DNA of 64,000 nucleotides from Bacilli bacterium (GTDB lineage Bacteria; Bacillota_I; Bacilli_A; RFN20; CAG-449): NCBI GenBank assembly GCA_900755065.1, contig CAAEFC010000006.1, positions 31,828 to 95,827 of the forward strand, read 5' to 3'. Shown piece by piece: positions 18,361 to 27,827 of this stretch (position 1 is its first letter; each line of letters starts with the position of its first letter). The notes under the pieces were generated by a model. It saw only the letters and a program-made list of their open reading frames with translations, ran no database searches and was not told where the DNA came from. The position numbers and the translations under genes were made by a program.

Positions 18361-20387
18361 GCGTGAAACAGACTGTGGGACAGGATCCCAACAAAATTAC
18401 GGCATTGTACGAGAGACTTTCCCGTGACGATGACCAAGTTGGCGATAGTAATTCTATCGTGAATCAGAAAAAGTACCTCGAAGGCTATGCGGCACAGAGA
18501 GGATACACGAACGTCCAACACTACACCGATGACGGGTGGAGTGGAGGAAACTTTGACCGACCTGCGTGGAAGCAGTTGGTAGCGGATATTGAAGCCGGAA
18601 AGGTGGCTCACGTCTTGGTAAAGGATATGAGCCGAATCGGCAGAGATTATCTACAGACAGGCTTTTACACCGAGGTGATGTTCCGTCAACACGGCGTTCA
18701 CTTCGTTGCGATTGCCAACGGAGTGGACAGCGACGATCAGAACAGCAATGAGTTCGCCCCGTTCCTCAACATAATGAACGAGTGGTATTTGCGAGATCTG
18801 AGCCGCAAACAACGCACCGCTATCCGAGTCAAGGGAGAATCGGGCAAGCCGACTACCAACTCTGCCATCTACGGCTACAAGAAGCAACCGGAAGATAAGT
18901 ACACTTGGTATGTTGATGAAGAAGCGGCGGTGGTCGTGCGCCGTATCTTTCAACTGACCATTGAGGGCAAAGGACCCTATGACATTGCCCGTATCCTTTT
19001 TGATGATAAGGTTGAAACCCCTGCTGTGTATTTCGGTAAGCAGAACAAGGGTATATGGAAAAGCAAAGAGGAATTTCCCAATCCGTATAATTGGAGTGGC
19101 TATATCGTCAGTCAAATACTTTCCAAGCCCGAATATATGGGGCATACCGTCAATTTTCGTTCGCATAAGCAATCCTATAAGGACAGAACGGCAATCAAGA
19201 TTCCTCAAGAAGAATGGCTGATCTTTGAGAACACCCACGAAGCCATTGTGGATAAAGAAACGTGGGAGCTTGCTCAAAAGCTCCGTAAGACACCGAGGCG
19301 CATTGATACTTGGGGCGAAGCAAATCCCTTAACGGGACTTTTATATTGTGCGGATTGCGGTGCAAAGATGTATAACCACCGTTCCAAAGGCGGTACGGAA
19401 AACACTCCCTATCCCTCGGACTTCTTTGATTGCTCCACTTATACGCTTGCGCACCAAAAGCACGATACGGCTTGTTGCGGACATTATATCTCAACGAAGG
19501 CTTTGCGTTCGCTCATCCTTGAAACCGTCCGAGCCGCCGCTACTTACGCTATCTCCAATCAAGAAGAATTTGCGGCAAAGGTACGCGCGACTTCAGAGCT
19601 ACGGCAAAAGGAAACGGCAAAGGACACCAAGAGGAGATTGAACAGAGATCGTAAGCGCATTGACGAGCTTGATAATATCATCAAGAAGCTCTATGAGTCA
19701 TTTGCGGTAGGTCGCATCACAGATGAACGCTTTGACACCCTTCTTGTAGAATACGAAGCCGAGCAAAAGGATCTGCAAGCGTCGGTAAAGGCAGACGAGG
19801 AACGCCTATCCTCTTTTGAAGAAGACACCGCCCGCGTGGAGCAGTTTATGGAGCTTGCCAAGAAATACACCGATTTTTCCGAGCTTACCACACCGATGAT
19901 AAACGAGTTTATCGAAAAGATCATCGTCCACGCTCCCGAAAAGTTAGACGGTGACAGAGTGCAGGAGATCGAGATCTATCTGAAATTTATCGGGCATTTG
20001 GAGCTTCCCGCGCCCGAGCTTACGGCAGAGGAAATCAAGCGGCAGGAACAACTCAAACGTCATCGTATTCGAAGCCGTGAACGCTATCAGCTTATTAAAG
20101 CGGGCGAACACGCCGTTGGACAGCCGTTCAAGCTGACTTGCAAGTGCTGCGGCAAGGAATTTGAGGCAAGAAGCTCCGCTACGATGTACTGCAGTAAAAG
20201 TTGCAGAGCGAAGTATTACCGACAGGAAGCGGCAAAAGAGCGAAGCCGAGATATTGTCTGTGCGAACTGCGGCAAGGAATTTACGACCACGCGCTCAGAC
20301 GTGAAGTATTGCTCCGAGGAATGCCGATACGAAGCACAAATCAAAGGTCGGCAGATACGAAATGCCGCTAAAACAAATAACGAATAA
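18357..20387 (+). CDS. large serine recombinase (intact)
   Basis: ALYERLSRDDDQVGDSNSI (catalytic Ser region). VKDMSRIGRD. Recombinase domain. Zinc-ribbon YCADCGAKMY...CSTY. C-terminal coiled coil plus extra Cys-rich tail (CKCCGKEF...CSKSCRAKYY...CANCGKEF). Confidence 0.85.
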   Translation: MSVKQTVGQDPNKITALYERLSRDDDQVGDSNSIVNQKKYLEGYAAQRGYTNVQHYTDDGWSGGNFDRPAWKQLVADIEAGKVAHVLVKDMSRIGRDYLQTGFYTEVMFRQHGVHFVAIANGVDSDDQNSNEFAPFLNIMNEWYLRDLSRKQRTAIRVKGESGKPTTNSAIYGYKKQPEDKYTWYVDEEAAVVVRRIFQLTIEGKGPYDIARILFDDKVETPAVYFGKQNKGIWKSKEEFPNPYNWSGYIVSQILSKPEYMGHTVNFRSHKQSYKDRTAIKIPQEEWLIFENTHEAIVDKETWELAQKLRKTPRRIDTWGEANPLTGLLYCADCGAKMYNHRSKGGTENTPYPSDFFDCSTYTLAHQKHDTACCGHYISTKALRSLILETVRAAATYAISNQEEFAAKVRATSELRQKETAKDTKRRLNRDRKRIDELDNIIKKLYESFAVGRITDERFDTLLVEYEAEQKDLQASVKADEERLSSFEEDTARVEQFMELAKKYTDFSELTTPMINEFIEKIIVHAPEKLDGDRVQEIEIYLKFIGHLELPAPELTAEEIKRQEQLKRHRIRSRERYQLIKAGEHAVGQPFKLTCKCCGKEFEARSSATMYCSKSCRAKYYRQEAAKERSRDIVCANCGKEFTTTRSDVKYCSEECRYEAQIKGRQIRNAAKTNNE

Positions 20388-20393
20388 TACGCC

Positions 20394-20430
20394 AAAGGCG
20401 ACTTGTGAACGAACGCAGGTCGCCTTTTTC
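20394..20430 (+). terminator. rho-independent terminator after the recombinase gene
   Basis: aaaggcgac-(16-nt loop)-gtcgccttt followed by TTTTT. Confidence 0.4.
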
Positions 20431-20465
20431 TATCCCCAAATCTCATATCACGGAGGCATTTACAA

Positions 20466-20669
20466 ATGTTAGAAGAACAGAAAAGATTGATACAAGAACG
20501 ACACCGCTTGGAGCAGGCACAAATGCGAGATCGGGCAAAGGAGCGCAAGGCAAGAACAAGGCGGCTCATACAAGAGGGCGCGATATTGGAGAAAGTATTT
20601 CCGCAAGTAGCCACGATGAGCCTTGACGAATTGGAGGAATATCTATGCGGAATAGCAAGGCAAATATGA
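20466..20669 (+). CDS. DUF3847-family protein (commonly paired with MobA relaxases)
   Basis: MLEEQKRLIQERHRLEQAQMRDRAKERKARTRRLIQEGAILEKVFPQVATMSLDELEEYL. Confidence 0.55.
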   Translation: MLEEQKRLIQERHRLEQAQMRDRAKERKARTRRLIQEGAILEKVFPQVATMSLDELEEYLCGIARQI

Positions 20670-20793
20670 GTGTTGGGGCGTTCGGGCAACCGAGCGTCCC
20701 GCTATCTTTATCCCGAAGGGCGCACTTACTCACCACTCGCAAAGCGAATGGTGTACTGCCTACGGCAGACGTGCGCTCTGCGAGGCGAAGGAG

Positions 20794-22501
20794 GTGATCG
20801 CCTATCGCCATATACCATCTTGAAGCGAAAGTCATCACTCGTGGCACAGGTCGCTCCGCAGTAGCCGCTGCCGCCTATATGAGCTGCTCCCACATCTATA
20901 ACGATTACGACGGCTTTACCCACGATTACACCCGAAAGCGGGGACTTATCTATGAGCAGGTGTTTTTGCCCGACAATGCCCCAAAGGAGTGGTCAGACCG
21001 AAGCGTATTATGGAACGCCGTGGAAGAAGCCGAAAAGACGAAGGATAGCCGCCTCTCCCGTGAGCTTATCATTGCCTTACCCGTAGAGTTCGACCTATCG
21101 GTTTGGGAGAGGATGCTGCAAGAATATATCAAGCGGAATTTCGTAAACAGAGGTATGTGTGCTGACCTTTGTATTCACGATACCGACGGGCATAATCCAC
21201 ACGCTCATATTATGCTGACGGTGCGCCCCTTGAACAAGGACGGCACTTGGCAACGCAAGACCGAAAAGGAATATCTGTGTGTCCGTAACAGAGAGGAACG
21301 CGGCTTTACCTCTGCCGAATACAAGGCGGTGCAGAACGAGGGATGGGAGAAGCAGTATTTATACAAGATCGGCAAGAAAAAAGAATACCTCCCGCCATCA
21401 AAAGCGGAAGGCTTGGAGCGCGTGAACAAGTATCCGAAAAGCACGAAGTACGGCAGACAAAATCCTATCTCGGAGGCGTGGAACAGCGAGGAAACTCTAC
21501 TTGAATGGAGGGAGCGTTGGGCAAGCCTTGTCAATTCCTATTTCAAAGAATTTGAAATGGACGAGAGCATCGACCACCGTAGCTTTCGGGCAAGGGATAT
21601 TAAGAAGCAGCCTACCGTTCACGTTGGCGTTTCGGGCTTTGCCATCTTCAAAAAGAAACGCTATTGCGACCGCTACGAGCTAAACCGATTGATACAGCAG
21701 GACAATCAATTTATTGATGACATCGTGAAGACCATTGAGTATTTGGTGAAAACCATTGCCTTGGCGGTAGGTGCGATTGCCGAAGCCCTTGAGGTTGCCC
21801 GCGTGGAGTTGATCTGTCTGAAATACAGAGAACGCCGCTTGAATATCGCGCACACAACGGGAGCGTATTACCACGAATACGACAAGGAGCGTTTGAAATC
21901 CTACCACGCTCTGACAGAGCAGATCGAGCAGAAAACGAGTGAGCGAAACGAAGCAATCAAGGAAAGCAAGCGTTTCTTTCTCAAAGCCGATAGGCGCGCA
22001 GAGCTTACACGGATTATTTCAAAGCTGACCAACGAAATGGAGAGCCGACGTAATATGCTTCTTGAATACTTGAAGTGCAAGAGTACCGACGATATTTCGC
22101 AAGCCGAGACACGTATCAAAGAAGCTGAAGAAAACTTGCCGAAAATCCAAGCCGAGTGGGATAAGACCGACGAGGCTTTGGAAGAAGCTATTTCCGAATA
22201 CGGTAAGCTAAAAGCAAAGGCAAGCGACTTTGACAAGGACGAGCTTGACAACGCCCGTAAGCTAATCCGCACCGACAAGGAGAGCGAAGCAAGGAAGAAG
22301 ATCGAAGCGGAACACGGAAGATGTAACGACCAAGATTTTGATGATAGTAAGGAGTATATCAACAAGCGCATTGGAGAATATGACGAGCCGCCGAAGAAAG
22401 AATCGGAAGTAAAACCTGTCTATGAAGCTCCACCGCAAGAAACACAAGAGCGCAAAGCTCCGAGCAAATCCAAACGAGAGCGTGATGGATGGGATAGGTA
22501 G
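20794..22501 (+). pseudogene. mobA: MobA/MobL (MobQ-type) relaxase with N-terminus disrupted by a 7-bp tandem duplication
   Basis: Expected start GTG(20794)-ATC-GCC follows RBS GAAGGAGG. The direct repeat ATCGCCT-ATCGCCA (20797-20810) shifts the frame. The GTG frame hits TGA at 20821. The relaxase frame (IAIYHLEAKVITRGTGRSAVAAAAYMSCSH..., HNPHAHIML) has TGA at 20795 and no start before Met 20879. That Met lies downstream of the predicted catalytic Tyr (AAAAY). Confidence 0.5.
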
Positions 22502-22605
22502 CACAATCGGGGCGAAATCCCATATTTTTAGCCCTCGTTCCGCAATGAAACGAGGACTAACAAAAAAATATTTAAGGTTTTTGCAACTTTTGCAGAAAAA
22601 CCCCT

Positions 22606-24159
22606 TGACAAATCTCTTCTCAAAAACTGCTGCTCGGCAAGTATGCCGAAGAACAGCGATTCCGCAATCCGAGATACTATATCGACGACGGATATTCGGG
22701 AAGCAACTTCGATAGACCTGCGTTTAAGCGTCTGATCGAGGATGTGGAGAACGGAGAAATAGCGACGATCATCGTCAAGGATATGTCAAGATTCGGGCGC
22801 GACCACATACTCGTGGGATATTACACGAAATACTTTCTGCCCGAAGCGGACGTGCGGTTTATCGCCGTGTACGACCAAGTGGACAGCGAGAAAAACGCAG
22901 ACGATGACATTACCCCTTTCCGCAATATCCTCAACGAGATGTACGCCAAAGATTGCAGTAAAAAAATCAAAGCCGTCATTCGTGCCAAAGGCAACAATGG
23001 AAAACATATCACCACATTGCCCCCGCTCGGATACAGAAAGGATCCTGACAATAAAGAAAAGTGGGTGATCGAAGAACAAGGCGCAACCATCGTAAGAGAG
23101 ATATTTTCTCTCTGCGTTCAGGGTTACGGCCCGACGCAAATCGCAAGGATACTGACCGAACGAAAGATTGATACGCCCGTGATTCACTTTCATAAGCACG
23201 GACTTCCCACATCGATGAAGATAAAGGAAAAATCGGAAATCTGGTGTCAGCGAACGGTTGCAAGGATTTTGGAAAATTTGGTATATACGGGCTGTACCGT
23301 CAACTTCAAGTCTTACAAAAAGTCCTATAAAAGCAAACGTTCGCTTTCAAATCCAAGAGAGAATTGGGCAATCTTTGAAGACACGCAGGAAGCGATTATC
23401 GACAAAGAAACCTTTGACACCGTGCAGAAAATCCGAAACGGACGACGCAGACCAAGCGATTTGGGCGAAATGAATATGCTTTCGGGAATGCTCTATTGTG
23501 CCGACTGCGGCAAAAAGATGTATTTATGCAGATGTTCCACCGTCAAGCAAGCGGAATACTTCAACTGTTCGTCTTACCGAAAGCAAAAGAAACGCACCTG
23601 TACATCGCATCAGATTACGGCTCACGCCGTGGAAGAAATGATCGCGGACGACTTACGGTTTACCGTTCGGTTTGCAAACGAACAGAAAGAGCAATTCCTC
23701 GAACTTCTCAAACGCAAGGCAGACCTTACCGAAAGGAAAACGCTGAACGCGAATCTTCGGGAATCGGAAGAAGCCGAAATCCGAATGAAAGCATTGGACA
23801 AAATCATCCAAAGCCTTTATGAGGACAAGGTAGAAAACAAAATCTCGGAAGAACGGTATCTGAAACTGAGCGACGCTTACGAGCAGGAACAAAAAGCCTT
23901 GACGGAACGATTGAAAACCCTGTGCGAAGAAACGGAACGGTTCAAAACGAAAACGGATCAGATTCAACGGTTTATGGCGTTAGTCAGAAAGTACAGCGAA
24001 TTTGAAACGCTGACGCCCGAAATCTTACGGGCATTCATAGACAGAGTTCTGATTTATGAAAAGGAAAAGATTGACGGTCATTACAGACACACAATTGAGA
24101 TTGTCTACAACTTCGTAGGTGCGGTAGAAATCCCCGCTTTGGATAATCTCGACAAATAG
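22606..24159 (+). pseudogene. body of a second large serine recombinase lacking its catalytic N-terminus (3' part of the interrupted gene)
   Basis: QKLLLGKYAEEQRFRNPRYYIDDGYSGSNFDRPAFKRLIEDVENGEIATIIVKDMSRFGRD... aligns with residues ~38 onward of the intact recombinase. An upstream in-frame TGA at 22603 and absence of the ~35 N-terminal residues, which are found at 10211..10335. Confidence 0.6.
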
Positions 24160-24408
24160 AAATATGAGAAAAGGCGCGACTTTGCGCCGCGCCTCTCTCT
24201 CAAAAACCTTACCTGTACTTCTTCCCTATGGGTACAATGGTAATGTCAAATTTCTTTTCTTTTTGTCGAAAATCGGAAGATACCGGCAATCGGAAAAGGC
24301 TACCGGAATTCAAATCGCCGGAATCATCGATTGCAAAACGAACCGGAACGGTTTATAGTGAAATGGAAAGAAGTGCTTTTCGTCGCTTTTTCGGATCGGG
24401 AGGGAAAA

Positions 24409-24801
24409 ATGAAACCTTTTGTCGAAGTCGTCGCGGCGTTGATCGGGGAAGGAGATCGCTTTTTGATCTGTCAGCGACCGGCAGAAAAAGCCAGAGGCTT
24501 GCTTTGGGAATTCGTCGGCGGCAAGGTGGAAAAGGGGGAGACGAAAGAAGAAGCCCTGATCCGCGAGTGCCGTGAGGAGTTGGCGATCGAAGTGGAGCCG
24601 CAGGAAGTTTTCGATGAAGTCACGCACGATTATCCCGACATCACCGTACATCTGACCCTGTTTCGGTGCGTGCTGACGAAAGGTCCTCTCCGCTTATTAG
24701 AACATCGCGATGCCCGATGGATCACACCGGAAGAAATTCCGCTTTTTGAATTTTGTCCTGCCGATGTCGATATTTTGAAAAAAATACAGCAAACCTTTTA
24801 A
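24409..24801 (+). CDS. Nudix hydrolase (MutT/8-oxo-dGTP diphosphatase-like)
   Basis: Nudix box GGKVEKGETKEEALIRECREELAIEV. Start moved to ATG 24409 with RBS GGAGGGAAAA (track ORF started at 24331). Confidence 0.7.
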   Translation: MKPFVEVVAALIGEGDRFLICQRPAEKARGLLWEFVGGKVEKGETKEEALIRECREELAIEVEPQEVFDEVTHDYPDITVHLTLFRCVLTKGPLRLLEHRDARWITPEEIPLFEFCPADVDILKKIQQTF

Positions 24802-24873
24802 TAAGAGGATTTTATCCGTAAAATTTCGGGATATTTTTCGCCACTGAACGAGTGAAATTTTTTTCGGCTACCG

Positions 24874-24942
24874 CAAATCATGGAAATAAAATACCGCAAA
24901 TCATGGAAGTTTTTACCCTCAAATCATGGAAACGCGGTTATG
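24874..24942. repeat. three tandem 23-bp repeats containing CAAATCATGGAA
   Basis: Copies at 24874, 24897 and 24920 (exact 23-bp period), in the intergenic region upstream of the surface-protein gene. Confidence 0.45.
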
Positions 24943-25328
24943 ATTCAGGCATTGGCTTCCGTTCTCGCCGAAGTTTTGCCGGACAGGGCATTTATCGGCG
25001 ATTCTGAAACAGCATTATAAAGGAAAAGTTGAATTCGGGAAGCGCGAACATATAATTATGAGGTTGCGACAACGATTTTTTTGACATTTCTTTTGACAAG
25101 TAGCATAAAAAAATGCGCCTCTGCCGAGCAAGTCCGACTTTATTTAAAAAATACGCTATTTTGTCAATATCAATTGCAAACAAAAATCAGAAATGATAAA
25201 GTGAAATTGCAAATATGAGTTGCCAAAAAGATTTAGTTATAGCCTGCGTACTTAAAATGAAACTTAAAAAGCAGGAAGATTAAAGTTAAATTTTGGCGCG
25301 GTACTTGTGCATAATAGGGGGAACATCT

Positions 25329-27275
25329 ATGATATCTGCGAAAAAAGAGAATATACGGCGCGGTATTCTTGGCTTTTTGGCTGTTACCGGATTGACTTTG
25401 ACCTCAGGCGGGTTATTCGGTAAAGCAAGCGCGGTGAAAGCGGAGGCTCAGACAGATTCGATCGTCATGACCGGATTTGCAAACGGAACAGCATCCAGTT
25501 ACGTCACAACGCTTACTACCGGAACTTCAACAGGAGGGTTGAGTGTTTCGGCATGTAACTACAATCCGAAAACCGGTCAAATCAGAGGAAACCAAACCAG
25601 TGCTTCGACTAATTTCTATTTGTACAATAACGAGGCGGTTTTAGGAAACATTACAAAAATCGAACTGACTACAACTTCAAGCGGATCTTTCAGCACCGGC
25701 ATGTACATCTCCGTGGGACAGGATTCGCAGGCTGACGTCACGACGGTTACAGACGGAATTCAGGGAACAAAAAGCACCGATTCCAAAACCATTACGTGGA
25801 CTTTCAGCGAAATGGACGGCTATACATATTTCAAGATGCTTTCTGCCGCTAAATTTACGACCGGAACGGTTACTGGTGCGGTAGTCAACATTGAATACAG
25901 TACAGAGACAAAATACGCCGTCACATTAAATGCAGACGGTGGCGAGTGCGAGTCTTCTGAATTGATAACGGAAGAAGGGAAAGTGGTTCTTCCGACCCCG
26001 ACGAAAGATGGATATGCTTTTAAGGGGTGGAAAGAAGAAAACACGGAAACTGTTCACGATGCGGGTGAATTTGTTCCGACAGAGAATATCACCTTGATTG
26101 CTCAATGGGAATTGATCACGACCCCGACGATAACCGTTTCATTGGACGATACGGTCATCGACAATACAATTAAAGTAGGCAGTAGCGGCTATATTCACGC
26201 AACGTTATTGAATGCCGCGAGCGTCACGGAAAACGATATCGTATGGACAAGTAGCGATCCGGAGGTTGCGACTTTCGATGCGAACGAATTTGTCATTGTC
26301 GATTCGGAAGCCGTCATCGTATTGAAAGGATTAAAAAGTGGTACGACGACGATTTCTGCGGAGATGACGGTAGATGGACAAAAGTACGTAAGCAATGCAA
26401 TCGATTTGACGGTTGTTCATCCTGTGGAAGAAATCGAAACATTGGCGTGTTTGGGTGTCAATTACGCCAGCCGTTCGGTCACCTATACAGACGAATCGTT
26501 AAACTTCGCCGGTTCTCAGAGTTTCACCGGTTCTGCAAGCAAAAATAGCGTTGAAGATGTATCCGGCGTTCTTCCTTCCGGTATGCAGGGAGGCGCGCGG
26601 TTGGAGTATTGCACAAACGATTCGATCAATCACTATTTAAATAGTACGAGTGGATTCAGATTATATAAAGACGCTTCTTTAAATGGTGGCTCTTTGAAGT
26701 TTACGCTTACAGATGTTTCCGTTAAGTCGCTCACCGTTGATGCCAGCAATTATGGGTATGGAACTTTGATTTTAGACGGAACTTCTTCCGCCTTGACGGA
26801 GGGCGCAATTGAAATCCCGGCCGGCACGAAAGAAATCGTCATCCAAAACACCGGAACGGATCGGTTAGATATTTCGGGAATTACGCTTACGTATGATGCG
26901 ATTGCCCTTACCTGCACGGATGCGCGCTTACGCTTTGGATTTACGCTTCCGAGCGATTTGTATGATCTGGACAAGATTTCCGCTGTGGGAGTGGCCTTAA
27001 CGGTCAACAATGTTCAAAAAGAAGTTGAGTTGGATTTGGAAGAAAACAAAACCGTTAATGAAGACGGCTCTTCGACTTATATCACGGCTTTGACGGGAAT
27101 TCCTGTTGAGGCTTGGACGACTGATGTTACGGCAACGCCTTACGTGATTCTCGATTCGGTAAGATACGATCTGGAAACAGTGACTTGGTCTGTCAGCAGT
27201 CTCGTCGATCACTATTTGCAAAACGGATTTGCGGATAATGCAGTCCTGAATGCCATGAAAGCCCAAATTCAGTAA
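25329..27275 (+). CDS. secreted cell-surface protein with Flg_new (Listeria-Bacteroides) repeat and Big_2 Ig-like domains
   Basis: Signal peptide. KDGYAFKGWKEEN...ITLIAQWE (Flg_new repeat). Big_2-like segments. Start set to ATG 25329 after RBS AGGGGGA. Confidence 0.55.
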   Translation: MISAKKENIRRGILGFLAVTGLTLTSGGLFGKASAVKAEAQTDSIVMTGFANGTASSYVTTLTTGTSTGGLSVSACNYNPKTGQIRGNQTSASTNFYLYNNEAVLGNITKIELTTTSSGSFSTGMYISVGQDSQADVTTVTDGIQGTKSTDSKTITWTFSEMDGYTYFKMLSAAKFTTGTVTGAVVNIEYSTETKYAVTLNADGGECESSELITEEGKVVLPTPTKDGYAFKGWKEENTETVHDAGEFVPTENITLIAQWELITTPTITVSLDDTVIDNTIKVGSSGYIHATLLNAASVTENDIVWTSSDPEVATFDANEFVIVDSEAVIVLKGLKSGTTTISAEMTVDGQKYVSNAIDLTVVHPVEEIETLACLGVNYASRSVTYTDESLNFAGSQSFTGSASKNSVEDVSGVLPSGMQGGARLEYCTNDSINHYLNSTSGFRLYKDASLNGGSLKFTLTDVSVKSLTVDASNYGYGTLILDGTSSALTEGAIEIPAGTKEIVIQNTGTDRLDISGITLTYDAIALTCTDARLRFGFTLPSDLYDLDKISAVGVALTVNNVQKEVELDLEENKTVNEDGSSTYITALTGIPVEAWTTDVTATPYVILDSVRYDLETVTWSVSSLVDHYLQNGFADNAVLNAMKAQIQ

Positions 27276-27289
27276 AGGAGGAAAGTAAA

Positions 27290-27433
27290 ATGAAAAAGAA
27301 TTATCATTCGCCTGAGATAGAAATAATGGAGATTTCCAAAGAAGATATCGTCACGACTTCGGCTTCCGTCACGTTCGGCGGACCGGACGAAGAAAAAGAC
27401 GGACTGATCGATTGGGGAGAGTTCTTTAAGTAA
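27290..27433 (+). CDS. unannotated small ORF (47 aa) immediately downstream of the surface-protein gene
   Basis: Strong RBS AAGGAGGAAAGTAAAATG. MKKNYHSPEIEIMEISKEDIVTTSASVTFGGPDEEKDGLIDWGEFFK. Followed by a terminator hairpin. Confidence 0.3.
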   Translation: MKKNYHSPEIEIMEISKEDIVTTSASVTFGGPDEEKDGLIDWGEFFK

Positions 27434-27437
27434 AAAA

Positions 27438-27472
27438 GAGAAATGGTTGAGGTTGCTCAGCCATTTCTTTCA
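27438..27472 (+). terminator. rho-independent terminator (GAGAAATGG-loop-CCATTTCT + T-rich)
   Basis: Seen directly. Confidence 0.4.
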
Positions 27473-27496
27473 TTGCTTAGTAAAGAGGATTAAAAA

Positions 27497-27772
27497 ATGA
27501 AAAGAAAATTTCTTCTCTTTCTAACCGCTTTGGTTCTGTTCTCTTGCGGAAATTCAAGCGATACTTCGAGTTTGAGTTCTTTGGAAAATTCAAACGAACC
27601 CGCCACATCTTCCGTTTGCGAAGAGGACAGTTCAGAAGAGACGAGCGCATCGTCCGAATTCTCTTCCGAGAAAGATTCTACGGAACAGGATTCGCAACTT
27701 TCTTCTGGATTTGAAGCGTCTTCATCGGATTCTTCCAAGACAGAAGGAACCGATTTTCCATGGGTTCATTAA
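27497..27772 (+). CDS. small acidic Ser/Glu-rich lipoprotein
   Basis: MKRKFLLFLTALVLFSCG lipobox followed by a low-complexity S/E/D-rich mature part. Confidence 0.45.
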   Translation: MKRKFLLFLTALVLFSCGNSSDTSSLSSLENSNEPATSSVCEEDSSEETSASSEFSSEKDSTEQDSQLSSGFEASSSDSSKTEGTDFPWVH

Positions 27773-27827
27773 AGTTTCGTATGGTTTAAAGAAATAATCC
27801 CTAAACTAATTTAGGGGTTATTTTTTT

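Larger units (their letters stand above)
10336..22620. mobile_element. ~12.3-kb integrative mobilizable element (serine-recombinase type) inserted into a serine recombinase gene
   Basis: Left junction ...agtatcaaaaacCA|agtggtaat. Right junction ...aatctcttct|CAaaaactgctg. Joining the flanks with a CA core restores the in-frame codons SIKNQ-KLLLGK. Contents: tnpV, xis-helicase-primase operon, repeat array, large serine recombinase, DUF3847, mobA. Confidence 0.55.

Noticed and set aside
20670-20864. Track ORF 20670..20864 between DUF3847 and the relaxase
   Set aside because: It overlaps the true (frameshifted) relaxase N-terminal region in another frame and has no motif. It is likely spurious.
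22422-22715. Track ORF 22422..22715
   Set aside because: It overlaps the relaxase 3' end and the element boundary in a different frame from the recombinase body. It is unsupported.
24164-24358. Track ORFs 24164..24358 and 24228..24575 upstream of the Nudix gene
   Set aside because: They overlap the well-supported Nudix start region in other frames and have no RBS or motifs.
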